From a plasmid, in the sequence record NZ_CP014527.1: DNA of 64,000 nucleotides; one strand, 5' to 3'. The position numbers and the translations under genes are program-made. Of the stretch, positions 9,741 through 19,863 are shown one piece after another; the first letter of the stretch is position 1; every line of letters begins with the position of its first letter. The notes beneath the pieces were generated by a model. It did no database searches and was not told the DNA's origin. It saw only the letters and a list, made by a program, of their open reading frames with translations.

Positions 9741-10420
9741 CGGAATATGATCACGCCTTGGTACGTGGAGGAAGATCCTCTCTTCCTATTGTAGTTGGCT
9801 ACCTGCCGGTTGCCATGGCTTTTGGTACGGCAGGAACAGCTGCAGGGCTTGAGCCGGTTATCACAACCAGTATCTCTGCACTCATTTTTGCGGGCGCGAG
9901 TCAGTTTCTCATTCTGGCCGCCCTAACATCGGGGGCATCCGTTGCACTTGTCATTGCGCTTTGCACCGCCCTTAATGCTCGCCATCTGTTATATGGGTCA
10001 ATACTGGCCCCCAGAATTCCAGCCCGTCATCGAACCCATATGCTGTTGGCTTTCGGCCTGACCGATGAAGTCTTTGCCACAGCCGTTAGTGGTTCTCGTC
10101 ATATAGGCGCTGAACTGCGCAGCCGATGGCTTGCCGGAGTGACATTGGGATCCTACGCTGCATGGGTTAGTGGAACGGCTGCTGGGGCTTTTCTGGGAAC
10201 TGCGCTGGAGTCCTTGGCCCCATCGGTGGCAGAGGCAATGGGCTTTGCTCTTCCTGCTTTGTTCTTGGCCATTACGGTTTTGAATGTATCGCGAAACTCC
10301 GTAGGCCCGATGATGATATCAGCCGTAATCGCCGGTACAGCAGCCTGGTTGGATTATACAGCAGCAGGAATACTCTTGGGTACAGGGGCGGGTGCGTTAA
10401 CCACCTGGATAAGAAAATGA
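9737..10420 (+). CDS. azlC: AzlC-family branched-chain amino acid (azaleucine-type) exporter subunit
   Basis: Polytopic membrane protein with the AzlC-like sequence LPIVVGYLPVAMAFGTAGTAAGL...FAGASQF. The start MTEYDH overlaps the upstream stop. Confidence 0.75.
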   Translation: MTEYDHALVRGGRSSLPIVVGYLPVAMAFGTAGTAAGLEPVITTSISALIFAGASQFLILAALTSGASVALVIALCTALNARHLLYGSILAPRIPARHRTHMLLAFGLTDEVFATAVSGSRHIGAELRSRWLAGVTLGSYAAWVSGTAAGAFLGTALESLAPSVAEAMGFALPALFLAITVLNVSRNSVGPMMISAVIAGTAAWLDYTAAGILLGTGAGALTTWIRK

Positions 10421-10788
10421 TCTGGACAAACAATCAGCTATGGCTCGCTATCGCCATAATTGCAGCCTTGACCTACGGCAGCAGGGCATTACCGTTTGTA
10501 TGGCGCAACATTCCGATCTTGCAGCCGACATCCTCTTTCGGACGGCACCTGCCTGTTCTTGGATCTGTCCTGTTGGCCGCGCTGACTGCTGTTACCATTA
10601 CACCCGCCTTCAGGAATACGATTGACAGAGAACAGCACTGGATTTTTGCCTTCAGCATAGTCGTAACATTAGCAACTGTCCTACGATGGCGTGAGGCTGG
10701 GTTAGCTGTTCTGGCAGGCGTACTTACATTTCTTGCATGCTTGACGGTTCCTCTGCACGGGGAAGTGCTATACAGCTTGTTGCCCTGA
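10417..10788 (+). CDS. azlD: AzlD-family small membrane protein
   Basis: A roughly 120-aa hydrophobic protein immediately downstream of azlC with a 4-nt overlap. This is the typical azlCD arrangement. Confidence 0.65.
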   Translation: MIWTNNQLWLAIAIIAALTYGSRALPFVWRNIPILQPTSSFGRHLPVLGSVLLAALTAVTITPAFRNTIDREQHWIFAFSIVVTLATVLRWREAGLAVLAGVLTFLACLTVPLHGEVLYSLLP

Positions 10789-10981
10789 ATAAAGACCGCG
10801 CATGATATAAATGAACTCATACGTAGGGACATCAAAAGCATGGATATCGCGCAAATACACGTGAATTTCATACAGGACATACACGGCATAATTATACCAC
10901 CCGAAAAAAGCAGTACCACCATATCGTGATGATACATAAAGTATAAAAATTTATAACTGTACATGCAACTTTAAGGAGCGT

Positions 10982-11314
10982 ATGGTCACCAAACATCGTT
11001 TTACCTGTACCAAAAACAGGGAAAAGAGAATCCTGCCATTAATGGAGGAGAAAATGACACAACGCTATCTTCCAACAGCAGCTAAAATTGATGCCACGGC
11101 CTATAGCGCCTATGAAGCACAGGCGGCATCTATAGGATCAGTATTTGATATTGAAAACCGCATTGTTCTGGATGGACCTCATATAGAAACTGATAACTCT
11201 CTGCATGAATTTTTCATCTATCCGGATGACGTGAATGAAACGGCAGAGACCGTGCTTGTCGGCACTGCAGATTTCTCAGACACTGATATGTGCTGGCCTA
11301 TTGATATACGATAA
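10982..11314 (+). CDS. hypothetical protein
   Basis: AAGGAG sits 3 nt upstream of the ATG and a terminator hairpin follows downstream. No motif was recognised. Confidence 0.4.
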   Translation: MVTKHRFTCTKNREKRILPLMEEKMTQRYLPTAAKIDATAYSAYEAQAASIGSVFDIENRIVLDGPHIETDNSLHEFFIYPDDVNETAETVLVGTADFSDTDMCWPIDIR

Positions 11315-11335
11315 GACGATATCTAGGAGAATCAT

Positions 11336-11399
11336 CAGCAGGGCACAGCATCGCCCATAATTCTGTTTTACAAGGATGCTTGCTGTGCCCTGTTTCTCA
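11336..11399 (+). terminator. long-stem hairpin terminator (agggcacagca...tgctgtgccct, then tgtttct)
   Basis: Inverted repeat read from the sequence between the convergent genes 10982..11314 and phoB. Confidence 0.45.
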
Positions 11400-11418
11400 G
11401 TCTGAGAAAAGAAAACAG

Positions 11419-12108
11419 TCACTCACGCTCGTCAAGTGCGTAACCAGCTGATCGCACCGTACGGATCAGATTCATCCCATTCCCCTTGTCCAAGGCCTTG
11501 CGCAAACGTCGAATGTGAACGTCTACTGTTCTGACCTCGACATGAATGTCCTGCCCCCAGATCCGGTTCAGCAGCTCTTCACGCGAGAACACACACCCGG
11601 GATTCTCCATCAGGAACCGCAATAAACGAAATTCAGTCGGCCCCAGATGAACAGGCTGTCCTGATCGTTCCACCCGCAGTGAAACAAGATCCATCACCAC
11701 ATCACCATACGACAAGGTATCGCGGCTGCGAGCCGGTTGTGCCCGCCGTAAAAGCGCTTTGGTCCGGGCCAAAAGCTCGGGCACAGAGAATGGCTTGGTC
11801 AGATAATCATCAGCTCCCGTATCAAGACCGCGTATCTTGTCGGCTTCTTCCCCACGGGCCGTAATCATGATAACCGGTATGTGTGCTGTTTCTGGGCGGC
11901 GTCGCAAACGACGACACACTTCTAGACCCGATAGTCCAGGCAACATCCAGTCCAGAAGGACAAGATCAGGCAAGCCGGCACGAATAGCGGTCACTGCCTG
12001 CTCCCCATCGTAGGCCTCATCAACGGCATACCCTTCCTTCTCAAGATTGTAGCGCAGCATGGTCACAAGAGAAGGTTCATCCTCAACAATCATAATCCGG
12101 AATTTCAT
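11419..12108 (-). CDS. phoB: phosphate regulon response regulator PhoB
   Basis: Receiver domain (IMIVEDEPSLV...LPDLVLLDWMLPGLSG) plus winged-helix OmpR/PhoB C-terminus. Position at the end of the pst-phoU operon. Confidence 0.9.
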   Translation of the reverse strand: MKFRIMIVEDEPSLVTMLRYNLEKEGYAVDEAYDGEQAVTAIRAGLPDLVLLDWMLPGLSGLEVCRRLRRRPETAHIPVIMITARGEEADKIRGLDTGADDYLTKPFSVPELLARTKALLRRAQPARSRDTLSYGDVVMDLVSLRVERSGQPVHLGPTEFRLLRFLMENPGCVFSREELLNRIWGQDIHVEVRTVDVHIRRLRKALDKGNGMNLIRTVRSAGYALDERE

Positions 12109-12112
12109 TGCC

Positions 12113-12853
12113 CTATGTGTCCCGGGAAGAACCAGAAGGCTGAACAGGAGCCATAAATTCACCAGCCTGATCGCCCTTAGGCCGCGACATGGGCAGTACG
12201 CGCCCCACAGTCAGAAAATGTACGGTTTCGGCAATGTTCGTCGCATGGTCCCCAATCCGTTCTATATTCTTGGCAACAAACATAAGGTGCGTACACGCTG
12301 TTATATTGCGGGGATCCTCCATCATCAGGGACACCAGCTCCCGGAACATGCTGGTATGAAGCTCGTCAACCTCCTGATCCCGGTGCCATACACCCAAGGC
12401 TTTCTCAACGTCCCGCTCGACATAGGCATCAAGAACTTCCTTGATAATTTCTTGCACCAAGCGCCCCATCAGGGGAATAGAAGCCAATGCCGGAACAGGC
12501 GGCAATTGATTGATCACCAGAACTCTTTTGGCAACATTGGCTGCATAATCCCCAATCCGCTCTAGGTCAGCTGAGATTTTCAGGGCACTGACAATGGCCC
12601 TCAGGTCATCGGCCATGGGCTGACGCAGGGCCAGAATACGCACCGCAAGCGCGTGGATATCCTGCTCCAGAGCATCAATACGATGATCTGCAACAATAAT
12701 ATCTGTCGCTGCCAGAGAATCTCGCCGAACGAGGGCTTGGACCGCCGCCGTAAGCTGTGCCTCGGCCATGCCACCCATCCGCAAAATAATATCGGATAAT
12801 TGGTTAAGTTCGTCTTCAAAAGAGCGAACTGTATGCATCTCGGTACCGGACAT
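12113..12853 (-). CDS. phoU: phosphate signaling complex protein PhoU
   Basis: Duplicated PhoU helical motifs (DxxLERIGDYAANVAKR and NIERIGDHATNIAE). Confidence 0.9.
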   Translation of the reverse strand: MSGTEMHTVRSFEDELNQLSDIILRMGGMAEAQLTAAVQALVRRDSLAATDIIVADHRIDALEQDIHALAVRILALRQPMADDLRAIVSALKISADLERIGDYAANVAKRVLVINQLPPVPALASIPLMGRLVQEIIKEVLDAYVERDVEKALGVWHRDQEVDELHTSMFRELVSLMMEDPRNITACTHLMFVAKNIERIGDHATNIAETVHFLTVGRVLPMSRPKGDQAGEFMAPVQPSGSSRDT

Positions 12854-12887
12854 AGCTGTTTCCCCGCGCTGTGGATACCGTGGCCTA

Positions 12888-13703
12888 TTAACCAAAACGG
12901 CCTGTAATATAACCCTGCGTCAGCTTATGTACCGGATTGGTAAAGACCTGTTCGGTATCGTTGCATTCAACCAAGGTACCCAGATGAAAGAAAGCCGTTC
13001 GCTGTGACACACGGGCGGCCTGTTGCATGGAATGGGTCACAATAACGATGGTAAAGTTCTCACGTAGCTCATCGATCAATTCCTCGATCTTCGCTGTTGC
13101 AATAGGATCCAGGGCCGAACACGGCTCATCCATAAGAATTACTTCAGGACTGACCGCAATAGCACGGGCAATACACAGGCGCTGCTGCTGCCCCCCCGAC
13201 AATCCGGTTCCAGGGGAATCAAGGCGATCCTTGACTTCATTCAGCAGACCCGCACGCTCCAGACTGGCAAGCACAATCTCATCCAGCTCGTCACGCGTTC
13301 CTGCCAACCCATGAATGCGCGGACCATAGGCCACATTCTCATATATTGATTTCGGGAAGGGGTTAGGCTTCTGGAACACCATGCCGACACGAGCCCGCAG
13401 CTGCACGACATCGACACGACGATCATAGACATCTTCACCGTCAAGGGTAATCAAACCCGACACCCTGCACCCGTCAATCGTATCATTCATCCTGTTCAGG
13501 GTCCGCAGGAATGTTGATTTTCCGCAGCCAGAAGGGCCAATAAAGGCCGTGACCTCGTTTTCACGGATATCAAGGCTCACCCCCTTGATAGCATGCTTGT
13601 CTCCGTAAAAAACATGAGCATCACGGGCCGCAACCTTGGCCACCTCCCCCTCCAAGGCCAGGGGAGAACCTGATGTTATATGGTTTTCAATCATGTCAGC
13701 CAT
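12888..13703 (-). CDS. pstB: phosphate ABC transporter ATP-binding protein PstB
   Basis: Walker A (GPSGCGKST), signature LSGGQQQRL, and PstB-specific conservation. Confidence 0.95.
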   Translation of the reverse strand: MADMIENHITSGSPLALEGEVAKVAARDAHVFYGDKHAIKGVSLDIRENEVTAFIGPSGCGKSTFLRTLNRMNDTIDGCRVSGLITLDGEDVYDRRVDVVQLRARVGMVFQKPNPFPKSIYENVAYGPRIHGLAGTRDELDEIVLASLERAGLLNEVKDRLDSPGTGLSGGQQQRLCIARAIAVSPEVILMDEPCSALDPIATAKIEELIDELRENFTIVIVTHSMQQAARVSQRTAFFHLGTLVECNDTEQVFTNPVHKLTQGYITGRFG

Positions 13704-13706
13704 AAC

Positions 13707-15041
13707 CTACCAACGTCTTTCAAATTTCTTGCGCAGCAAAACCGCGGCTGCATTCATAACAATCAAGAAGCCAAGCAGAACGATAATAGCCGCAGATGTA
13801 CGCTCTACAAATGCCCGCTCGGGGCTGTCTGCCCAAAGATAGATCTGAACAGGCAGAACGGTTGATGGATCAGTGATCCAACCCGGAACATCGGCTACAA
13901 AGGCCACCATCCCAATCATCAACAGAGGCGCAGTCTCACCCAATGCCTGCGCCATCCCGATAATGGTACCAGTCAGCATGCCCGGCATAGCCAGAGGCAA
14001 AACATGATGGAAAATCATCTGCAACTTTGACGCCCCCATCCCCAGCGCCGCCTCGCGAATGGAGGGTGGAACAGATTTCAAGGCTGTACGCGCTGCAATA
14101 ATGATGGTGGGCAATGTCATCAGCGTCAGAACCAGACCCCCTGCCAAGGGAGCTGAACGCGGCAGACCGAAAACCTGCAGAAACACAGCAAGCCCCAACA
14201 AGCCGAACACAATAGAAGGAACAGCGGCCAAATTGTTGATATTCACCTCGATCAAGTCTGTCCAACGATTACGCGGAGCAAACTCTTCAAGGTAAATCGC
14301 CGTACCAACCCCGATGGGAAAGCTAAGAGCTAATGTCACCGCAAGGGTCAAGAGGGAGCCAATCAAGGCACCCTGAATTCCCGCTAGTTCCGGTTGCCTG
14401 CTGTCACCGGCTGTAAAAAGTGTTTGATTGAAAACTCGCGAGATACGGCCCGTATCCGACAAGTGATCAAACCAAGCAATTTCCTGATCACTAACCCGGC
14501 GGGCACTTTCAGGAATATCGCGAGCGATGTTGCCCTTGGCCAGCATATCCATATCAGCAGAAGCCAAAACATCAACGCGCACCGTCTTCCCGATCAGCAG
14601 TGGATCTGCCAAAACCATATCACGAAGCTGATAAGCTGCACCGGTTGAGACAAGTGAATACAACTCACGTCGGTCACGGCGGGCCTGAACATCGGGGAAA
14701 AGATCCCGCAGGGCGGTCTTGACCAAGGCATCATAATCCGCGTCAGACAAAGCACCGACATCACGCGCCCCATCCGGATCAATAACGCTCGCATCAAACG
14801 TGATGTCCAAGGATATCCTAGTTTGCTGGAAGGCTCCGAGACCAGATCCCAAGATGCTGGAAAACAGAACCCCCAGCATGGCTAGTGACACGGCAACAGC
14901 CATCAAGCCACAAAAACGGAAACGCATCTCGGCAGCATAGCGACGACGCAGACCTGCATTGACAACATCGGCAATGCGGTGTTGTGGTAGCCTGCGCCCC
15001 GTAGAGACAGCTTGATCAGGTACAGTGTTGGACATACTCAT
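13707..15041 (-). CDS. pstA: phosphate ABC transporter permease PstA
   Basis: Permease with an EAA-like loop; position between pstC and pstB. Confidence 0.9.
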   Translation of the reverse strand: MSMSNTVPDQAVSTGRRLPQHRIADVVNAGLRRRYAAEMRFRFCGLMAVAVSLAMLGVLFSSILGSGLGAFQQTRISLDITFDASVIDPDGARDVGALSDADYDALVKTALRDLFPDVQARRDRRELYSLVSTGAAYQLRDMVLADPLLIGKTVRVDVLASADMDMLAKGNIARDIPESARRVSDQEIAWFDHLSDTGRISRVFNQTLFTAGDSRQPELAGIQGALIGSLLTLAVTLALSFPIGVGTAIYLEEFAPRNRWTDLIEVNINNLAAVPSIVFGLLGLAVFLQVFGLPRSAPLAGGLVLTLMTLPTIIIAARTALKSVPPSIREAALGMGASKLQMIFHHVLPLAMPGMLTGTIIGMAQALGETAPLLMIGMVAFVADVPGWITDPSTVLPVQIYLWADSPERAFVERTSAAIIVLLGFLIVMNAAAVLLRKKFERRW

Positions 15042-16433
15042 CTACTCGTACTGTTCCCGGTACTTGCGTACCACGTGAAGGGCAACAACATTCAAGGCAA
15101 GGGTCATAACAAACAGGACAAGTCCAAGAGCAAAGGCCGCAAGGGTCTTGGGGCTGTCAAACTCTTGGTCACCGACCAGAAGCGTCACAATCTGCACCGT
15201 CACGGTCGTCACGGCCTCGAAAGGATTGGCCGTCAGATTAGCAGACAGACCCGCGGCCATCACAACAATCATGGTTTCACCAATAGCGCGGGATACAGCC
15301 AGCAGAATTCCGCCGACAATGCCAGGCAACGCCGCAGGCAACACCACGCGCCTGATGGTTTCCGAACGTGTCGCCCCCAAACCATAAGATCCCTCGCGCA
15401 TGGCACGCGGCACGGCTGTAATCACATCATCCGAGAGCGAGGACACAAAGGGAACGATCATGATTCCCATCACGATCCCGGCAGCCAAGGCACTTTCTGA
15501 TGAAATGGTCAGGCCGATGTCATGCCCAATCCCACGAAAAAGAGGCGCAACGGTCAACGCTGCAAAAAATCCGTACACAACCGTGGGAATGCCTGCCAGA
15601 ATTTCCAAGACAGGTTTGACCACACCACGAACGCGGGCTGGTGCATACTCCGCCATATAAATAGCGGCCATCAAACCCACTGGTACAGCCACCAACATTG
15701 CAATCAACGAAATCAGCAATGTACCAGCAAACAGGGGAACAGCACCAAAGCTTCCCGATGAACCGGCCTGATCCGCACGCATGGCAGTCTGCGGGCTCCA
15801 TTCCAGCCCAAAGAGAAAATCAACAGGGGCCACATGGCCAAAGAACCGCCAGCTCTCAACCAAAAGTGACAGAACGATACCCACAGTGGTCAAGATCGCA
15901 ATGATCGAACAACCAATCATAAAAGCCTTGACGGCATTTTCTACACGGTTGCGCGCACGGAACAGTGGGGTAACCCATCTGAGCGCAAAAAAGCCGCTGA
16001 TAACCGCTGTGGCGAGCGAGACCAGAATAACCAGCGAAAAGCTTGTCTGCTTCAGGAAAGCATAACGCAGGGCTGCTGACTGGATCTCGGGGACAGGCGA
16101 GAATGCAGAAGCCCCTGAGACAATATTGCGAATATCATTCAGGACCAGACTCACGCGGGCCGGATCGGGACCACTGGTACCGGCTAGGATACCCGGCGAT
16201 ATTTCCGCCAGAACAAGGCTGGTTATGACTTTGTCTTCCGCAAAGAACCACGCGAGAAGCAAGAGCAATGCGGGAATGCCAACCCATAACGCCACATAAA
16301 GACCATAGTAAACAGGCAAACTGTGCAACCTGTGGGTCTCCCCACTAACCAAGCGAAGGGAGCGCCGCCGCCCAAGCCAGAAACTGCTCAAGGAGAGCAG
16401 GGAGATAATGAGAAACAGTATGAATATTTGCAT
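15042..16433 (-). CDS. pstC: phosphate ABC transporter permease PstC (with N-terminal extension)
   Basis: Permease upstream of pstA. The start is chosen at MQIFILF; the ORF is open to 16532. Confidence 0.85.
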   Translation of the reverse strand: MQIFILFLIISLLSLSSFWLGRRRSLRLVSGETHRLHSLPVYYGLYVALWVGIPALLLLLAWFFAEDKVITSLVLAEISPGILAGTSGPDPARVSLVLNDIRNIVSGASAFSPVPEIQSAALRYAFLKQTSFSLVILVSLATAVISGFFALRWVTPLFRARNRVENAVKAFMIGCSIIAILTTVGIVLSLLVESWRFFGHVAPVDFLFGLEWSPQTAMRADQAGSSGSFGAVPLFAGTLLISLIAMLVAVPVGLMAAIYMAEYAPARVRGVVKPVLEILAGIPTVVYGFFAALTVAPLFRGIGHDIGLTISSESALAAGIVMGIMIVPFVSSLSDDVITAVPRAMREGSYGLGATRSETIRRVVLPAALPGIVGGILLAVSRAIGETMIVVMAAGLSANLTANPFEAVTTVTVQIVTLLVGDQEFDSPKTLAAFALGLVLFVMTLALNVVALHVVRKYREQYE

Positions 16434-16553
16434 GGAAGCCTTGTTTGCCGTTTGCGGGCACATTGACCGATAGCGCCGAAGGTCTACTCTCTGCCACAGA
16501 GTATCACCGGGAACAAGTGGACATACCCGCAAACGGCTTTCGCCCTGTTACTT

Positions 16554-17594
16554 TCAGAAACTGCTGATGTCCAGCTTGGTCAACCCCGTAACAGAGGCAG
16601 CCCAGCATGCGCGCTCTGCATCAGGCATCGGAACAAGCCCCTTGTCACTCAGATACCCGTCAGGGCCCCATGCCTTCTCGGATGTAAACTCCTTGAGAAA
16701 AGCCTCGATCCCGGGAATGGTGCCGACGTGGGCCTTCTTCACATAAAACTGAAGAGGACGGCTGACCGGGTAAGTGCCAGACGCAATATTTTCAAACGTT
16801 GGTATCTGACCATCAATCCGGGCACCCTGCACCTTGTCCCCGTTCTCTTCCAGGAAAGAATACCCAAAGATACCAAAGGCATCTGGATTGGCTCCCAGCT
16901 TCTGAACGATCAAGTTATCGTTCTCCCCGGCCTCGATATAGGCACCATCTTCACGCAGCGCCTGACAAGCCGCTTTTACATCACGACCGGCTGCCTTCAG
17001 TGCGTGGGTTTCAGGCAGCTTCTCGCATGCCACATCCATGACCAGCTCAACGAAAGCATCCCTAGTCCCCGATGTTGGCGGCGGACCCAGAACCTCTATG
17101 GGTTTTGCGGGAAGGGCAGAATCAATATCAGACCACATCTTGTACGGATTTGCGACCCAGGTTCCCTTGACCGGAACATCCCGCGCCAAGGCAAGAAAAA
17201 GCTGTTCACGCGTTACGGACAAAGGGGCAGAAGCCTTGGAGTTGGCCAGCACAATACCATCATAGCCAATCTTGACCTCGACAATGTCTGTAACGCCATT
17301 GCGGGCACAGGCGTCTATCTCGGATCGCTTGATCCGGCGCGAGGAATTGGTGATATCAGGATGTGATGGGCCAAGCCCCGCACAAAACAACTTGAAACCA
17401 CCACCGGACCCCGTCGCCTCTATGATCGGTGTCTTGAACTGGCTCCTTTTGCCAAAGTTCTCGGCCACAACCGTCGAAAAGGGATAAACTGTGGATGATC
17501 CGACGATGCGGATCTGGTCACGGGCAAGAGCCGTACCGGACAGGGTTGTCAGGGCCACAGCCGCAGCAACCAGAGCACGTTTTCCAGAACTCAC
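16554..17594 (-). CDS. pstS: phosphate-binding periplasmic protein PstS
   Basis: Signal peptide followed by SGGGF-like PstS motifs (IEATGSGGGFKLFCAG). A GTG start has AGGAGG 5 nt upstream; the track ORF extends to 17618. Confidence 0.85.
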   Translation of the reverse strand: MSSGKRALVAAAVALTTLSGTALARDQIRIVGSSTVYPFSTVVAENFGKRSQFKTPIIEATGSGGGFKLFCAGLGPSHPDITNSSRRIKRSEIDACARNGVTDIVEVKIGYDGIVLANSKASAPLSVTREQLFLALARDVPVKGTWVANPYKMWSDIDSALPAKPIEVLGPPPTSGTRDAFVELVMDVACEKLPETHALKAAGRDVKAACQALREDGAYIEAGENDNLIVQKLGANPDAFGIFGYSFLEENGDKVQGARIDGQIPTFENIASGTYPVSRPLQFYVKKAHVGTIPGIEAFLKEFTSEKAWGPDGYLSDKGLVPMPDAERACWAASVTGLTKLDISSF

Positions 17595-17692
17595 AGGAGC
17601 CTCCTGAAATACACCCAAAACGCAGGGCCCGGCATATGCAACAGCCTGTTTTTATTGGGATCACCGGACCTACCTCACTATAGCGCCTGTCC

Positions 17693-17721
17693 GCGTCATA
17701 TTCATGACAGGATCATGACAG
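17693..17721 (-). promoter_or_regulatory. Pho boxes: CTGTCAT-GATC-CTGTCAT-GAAT-ATGACGC (minus strand), about 100 bp upstream of pstS
   Basis: Direct repeats of CTGTCAT with 4-nt spacers were seen in the sequence. They match the canonical PhoB binding site architecture. Confidence 0.65.
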
Positions 17722-17858
17722 TTTTGTTAAAGATTGTTTAATCATTGAATATCAATGAATTGGTATGAATTTCCGGACCAAGGGAAGTCGCAGGTTATTT
17801 CACGGATGTACAAAAACAATGCACTTTCTCGCAAATAGCACTTGATTCTGCCGCAAGG

Positions 17859-19172
17859 TTGGTCATGGTGCGCATTATGACTGACTTACCGAAAAACCGC
17901 TCTGTTGCCTTGGCCGTGTTTCAGGCTGTCCTGCGAGACAGCCGCCCCCTTGATGAACAGGCCGATGCGCTCAGCCAGGCTCTTGAATCAAGAGACCGGG
18001 CCTTTGTCCGCATGCTTGTCGCCACAACGTTGCGGCGCTTGGGGCAAATTGACCTTGTCATCAATCAGTGCCTGGACAAACCTATGCCAGCCAAACTGGC
18101 TACGGTACGGGATGTGCTTCGTCTAGGGGCAGCTCAGCTTCTGTTTCTTGAGACCCCGGTCCACGCTGTTGTTGATACATCGGTCGAGCTGGTCAAACGC
18201 GGGCGCTTTGCGCCTTATGCTGGCCTGACAAATGCTGTACTGCGCCGCATATCCAGGGATGGGTCCCGTATTTCGGACTCTGTTGACGCTCCACGTTTCA
18301 ATACACCCAAGTGGCTCTGGCAGGATTGGAGCAAGACATGGGGGGAAGAAACAGCCCGCCAGATTGGGCTTGCACACCTGTCTGAAGCCCCCTTGGATAT
18401 CACACTCCGTCCGGACCAGGATCAGGCCGTATGGGCCACACGACTAGAGGCAACCATTCTGCCGTTCGGCACTCTGCGGCGTGTCATGGGTGGCAATGTT
18501 GCTGACCTGCCGGGATTCGATGAGGGCCAATGGTGGATACAGGATGCAGCCGCCTCGCTGCCCGCACGTTTACTGGGTGATGTCCGTAACAAAACGATCA
18601 TTGATCTCTGCGCTGCACCGGGCGGCAAGACCATGCAGCTGGCTTCTGCCGGAGCTACAATCACCGCGGTTGACCGATCGGCACGCCGCCTTCGCCGGGT
18701 TGCCAGCAACTTGGAACGACTGGGATTGAGCGCAACTCTTGTCGATGCGGATGCAACCCAATGGAAGCCGGATACACTGGTCGATGGTGTGTTGCTAGAT
18801 GCCCCCTGCTCAGCAACCGGCACGATCCGCCGTCATCCGGACGTTGCCCGCCACAAGCGACCTGATGATGTGCGGAACCTAGTCGCAACGCAAACAGAGC
18901 TACTGCGCGCTGCGGTTGACATGGTTCGTCCCGGAGGGCTTGTCGTATACTGCACATGCTCCCTGCAAAAAGCTGAAGGAGAGGAGCTTGTCGCAAGTGC
19001 CCTGTCAGCGGGCCTGCCTGTAGAGGGTGTCCCCGTTACTGCCGAAGAGACAGGGGGATTAAGCGCCCTGATCACACCGGAAGGCTGGTTGCGAACCATG
19101 CCTGTCCACAACAGTGAGAACGGCGGAATGGATGGATTCTTTGCGGCACGGCTCAGAAAGCTGGAAGCCTGA
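17859..19172 (+). CDS. rsmB: 16S rRNA m5C967 methyltransferase RsmB/Sun family
   Basis: NusB-like N-terminus, then the SAM site IIDLCAAPGGKT, then catalytic LLDAPCSATGTIRRHPD. Confidence 0.8.
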   Translation: MVMVRIMTDLPKNRSVALAVFQAVLRDSRPLDEQADALSQALESRDRAFVRMLVATTLRRLGQIDLVINQCLDKPMPAKLATVRDVLRLGAAQLLFLETPVHAVVDTSVELVKRGRFAPYAGLTNAVLRRISRDGSRISDSVDAPRFNTPKWLWQDWSKTWGEETARQIGLAHLSEAPLDITLRPDQDQAVWATRLEATILPFGTLRRVMGGNVADLPGFDEGQWWIQDAAASLPARLLGDVRNKTIIDLCAAPGGKTMQLASAGATITAVDRSARRLRRVASNLERLGLSATLVDADATQWKPDTLVDGVLLDAPCSATGTIRRHPDVARHKRPDDVRNLVATQTELLRAAVDMVRPGGLVVYCTCSLQKAEGEELVASALSAGLPVEGVPVTAEETGGLSALITPEGWLRTMPVHNSENGGMDGFFAARLRKLEA

Positions 19173-19189
19173 GATCCTCATAACAGCAC

Positions 19190-19852
19190 TTACAGGACAA
19201 TACGACCGTCCTTCATAGAGATTGTCCTGTGCGCCCGCTGCGCCTGCCGTTCGTCATGTGTGACCATCACAACCGTTTTGCCGCTGGCGACTATGCCCTG
19301 CAGCATATCGAGAATTTGTTCACCATTCTGGCTGTCGAGATTTCCGGTCGGCTCATCAGCCAGAATGATAGTGGGATCCCCCACAAGGGCTCGTGCAATG
19401 GCGGCTCTCTGCTGCTGTCCACCCGACAGCTGAGCCGGATAATGCTTTGCCCGGGCCTCCAGCCCCACAGATTTCAGTACGTCCAGACTGCGCTTGCGGC
19501 GTTCTGCCTTCCCGACACCCCGATAGACCAACCCCAGCTCCACATTCCGTTCGATACTGAGGTGCGGGATCAGGTTGAATGCCTGGAACACGAACCCGAT
19601 GTGTTTGCGGCGCAGTTCCGTCAACAAGCTGTCACGTTCTTCGCTAACCGTCGTATTCCCGAACTGGATCGTTCCTTCACTCGGAGTATCTAGCAAACCG
19701 AGAATGCTGAGTAAGGTCGATTTCCCCGAGCCTGAAGGCCCCATAATCGAAACAAACTCACCACCATCAATATCAAGGCTTACGTTTGTCAGAGCCCGGG
19801 TTTCCATTTCCGACGTCCGATAGGTCTTTCCGACGTTTTCCAATCGTATCAC
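19190..19852 (-). CDS. ABC transporter ATP-binding protein (MacB/LolD-type)
   Basis: Walker A (GPSGSGKST), [15 protein letters not shown], and Walker B (ILADEPTGNLD). Confidence 0.85.
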   Translation of the reverse strand: MIRLENVGKTYRTSEMETRALTNVSLDIDGGEFVSIMGPSGSGKSTLLSILGLLDTPSEGTIQFGNTTVSEERDSLLTELRRKHIGFVFQAFNLIPHLSIERNVELGLVYRGVGKAERRKRSLDVLKSVGLEARAKHYPAQLSGGQQQRAAIARALVGDPTIILADEPTGNLDSQNGEQILDMLQGIVASGKTVVMVTHDERQAQRAHRTISMKDGRIVL

Positions 19853-19863
19853 ACTGCAAACTC

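Noticed and set aside
10473-10964. 163-aa minus ORF overlapping azlD
   Set aside because: It is antisense to azlD, and its Cys/Met-rich sequence has no support.
16728-17366. 212-aa plus ORF inside pstS
   Set aside because: It is antisense to a strongly supported pstS coding sequence and has no motifs.
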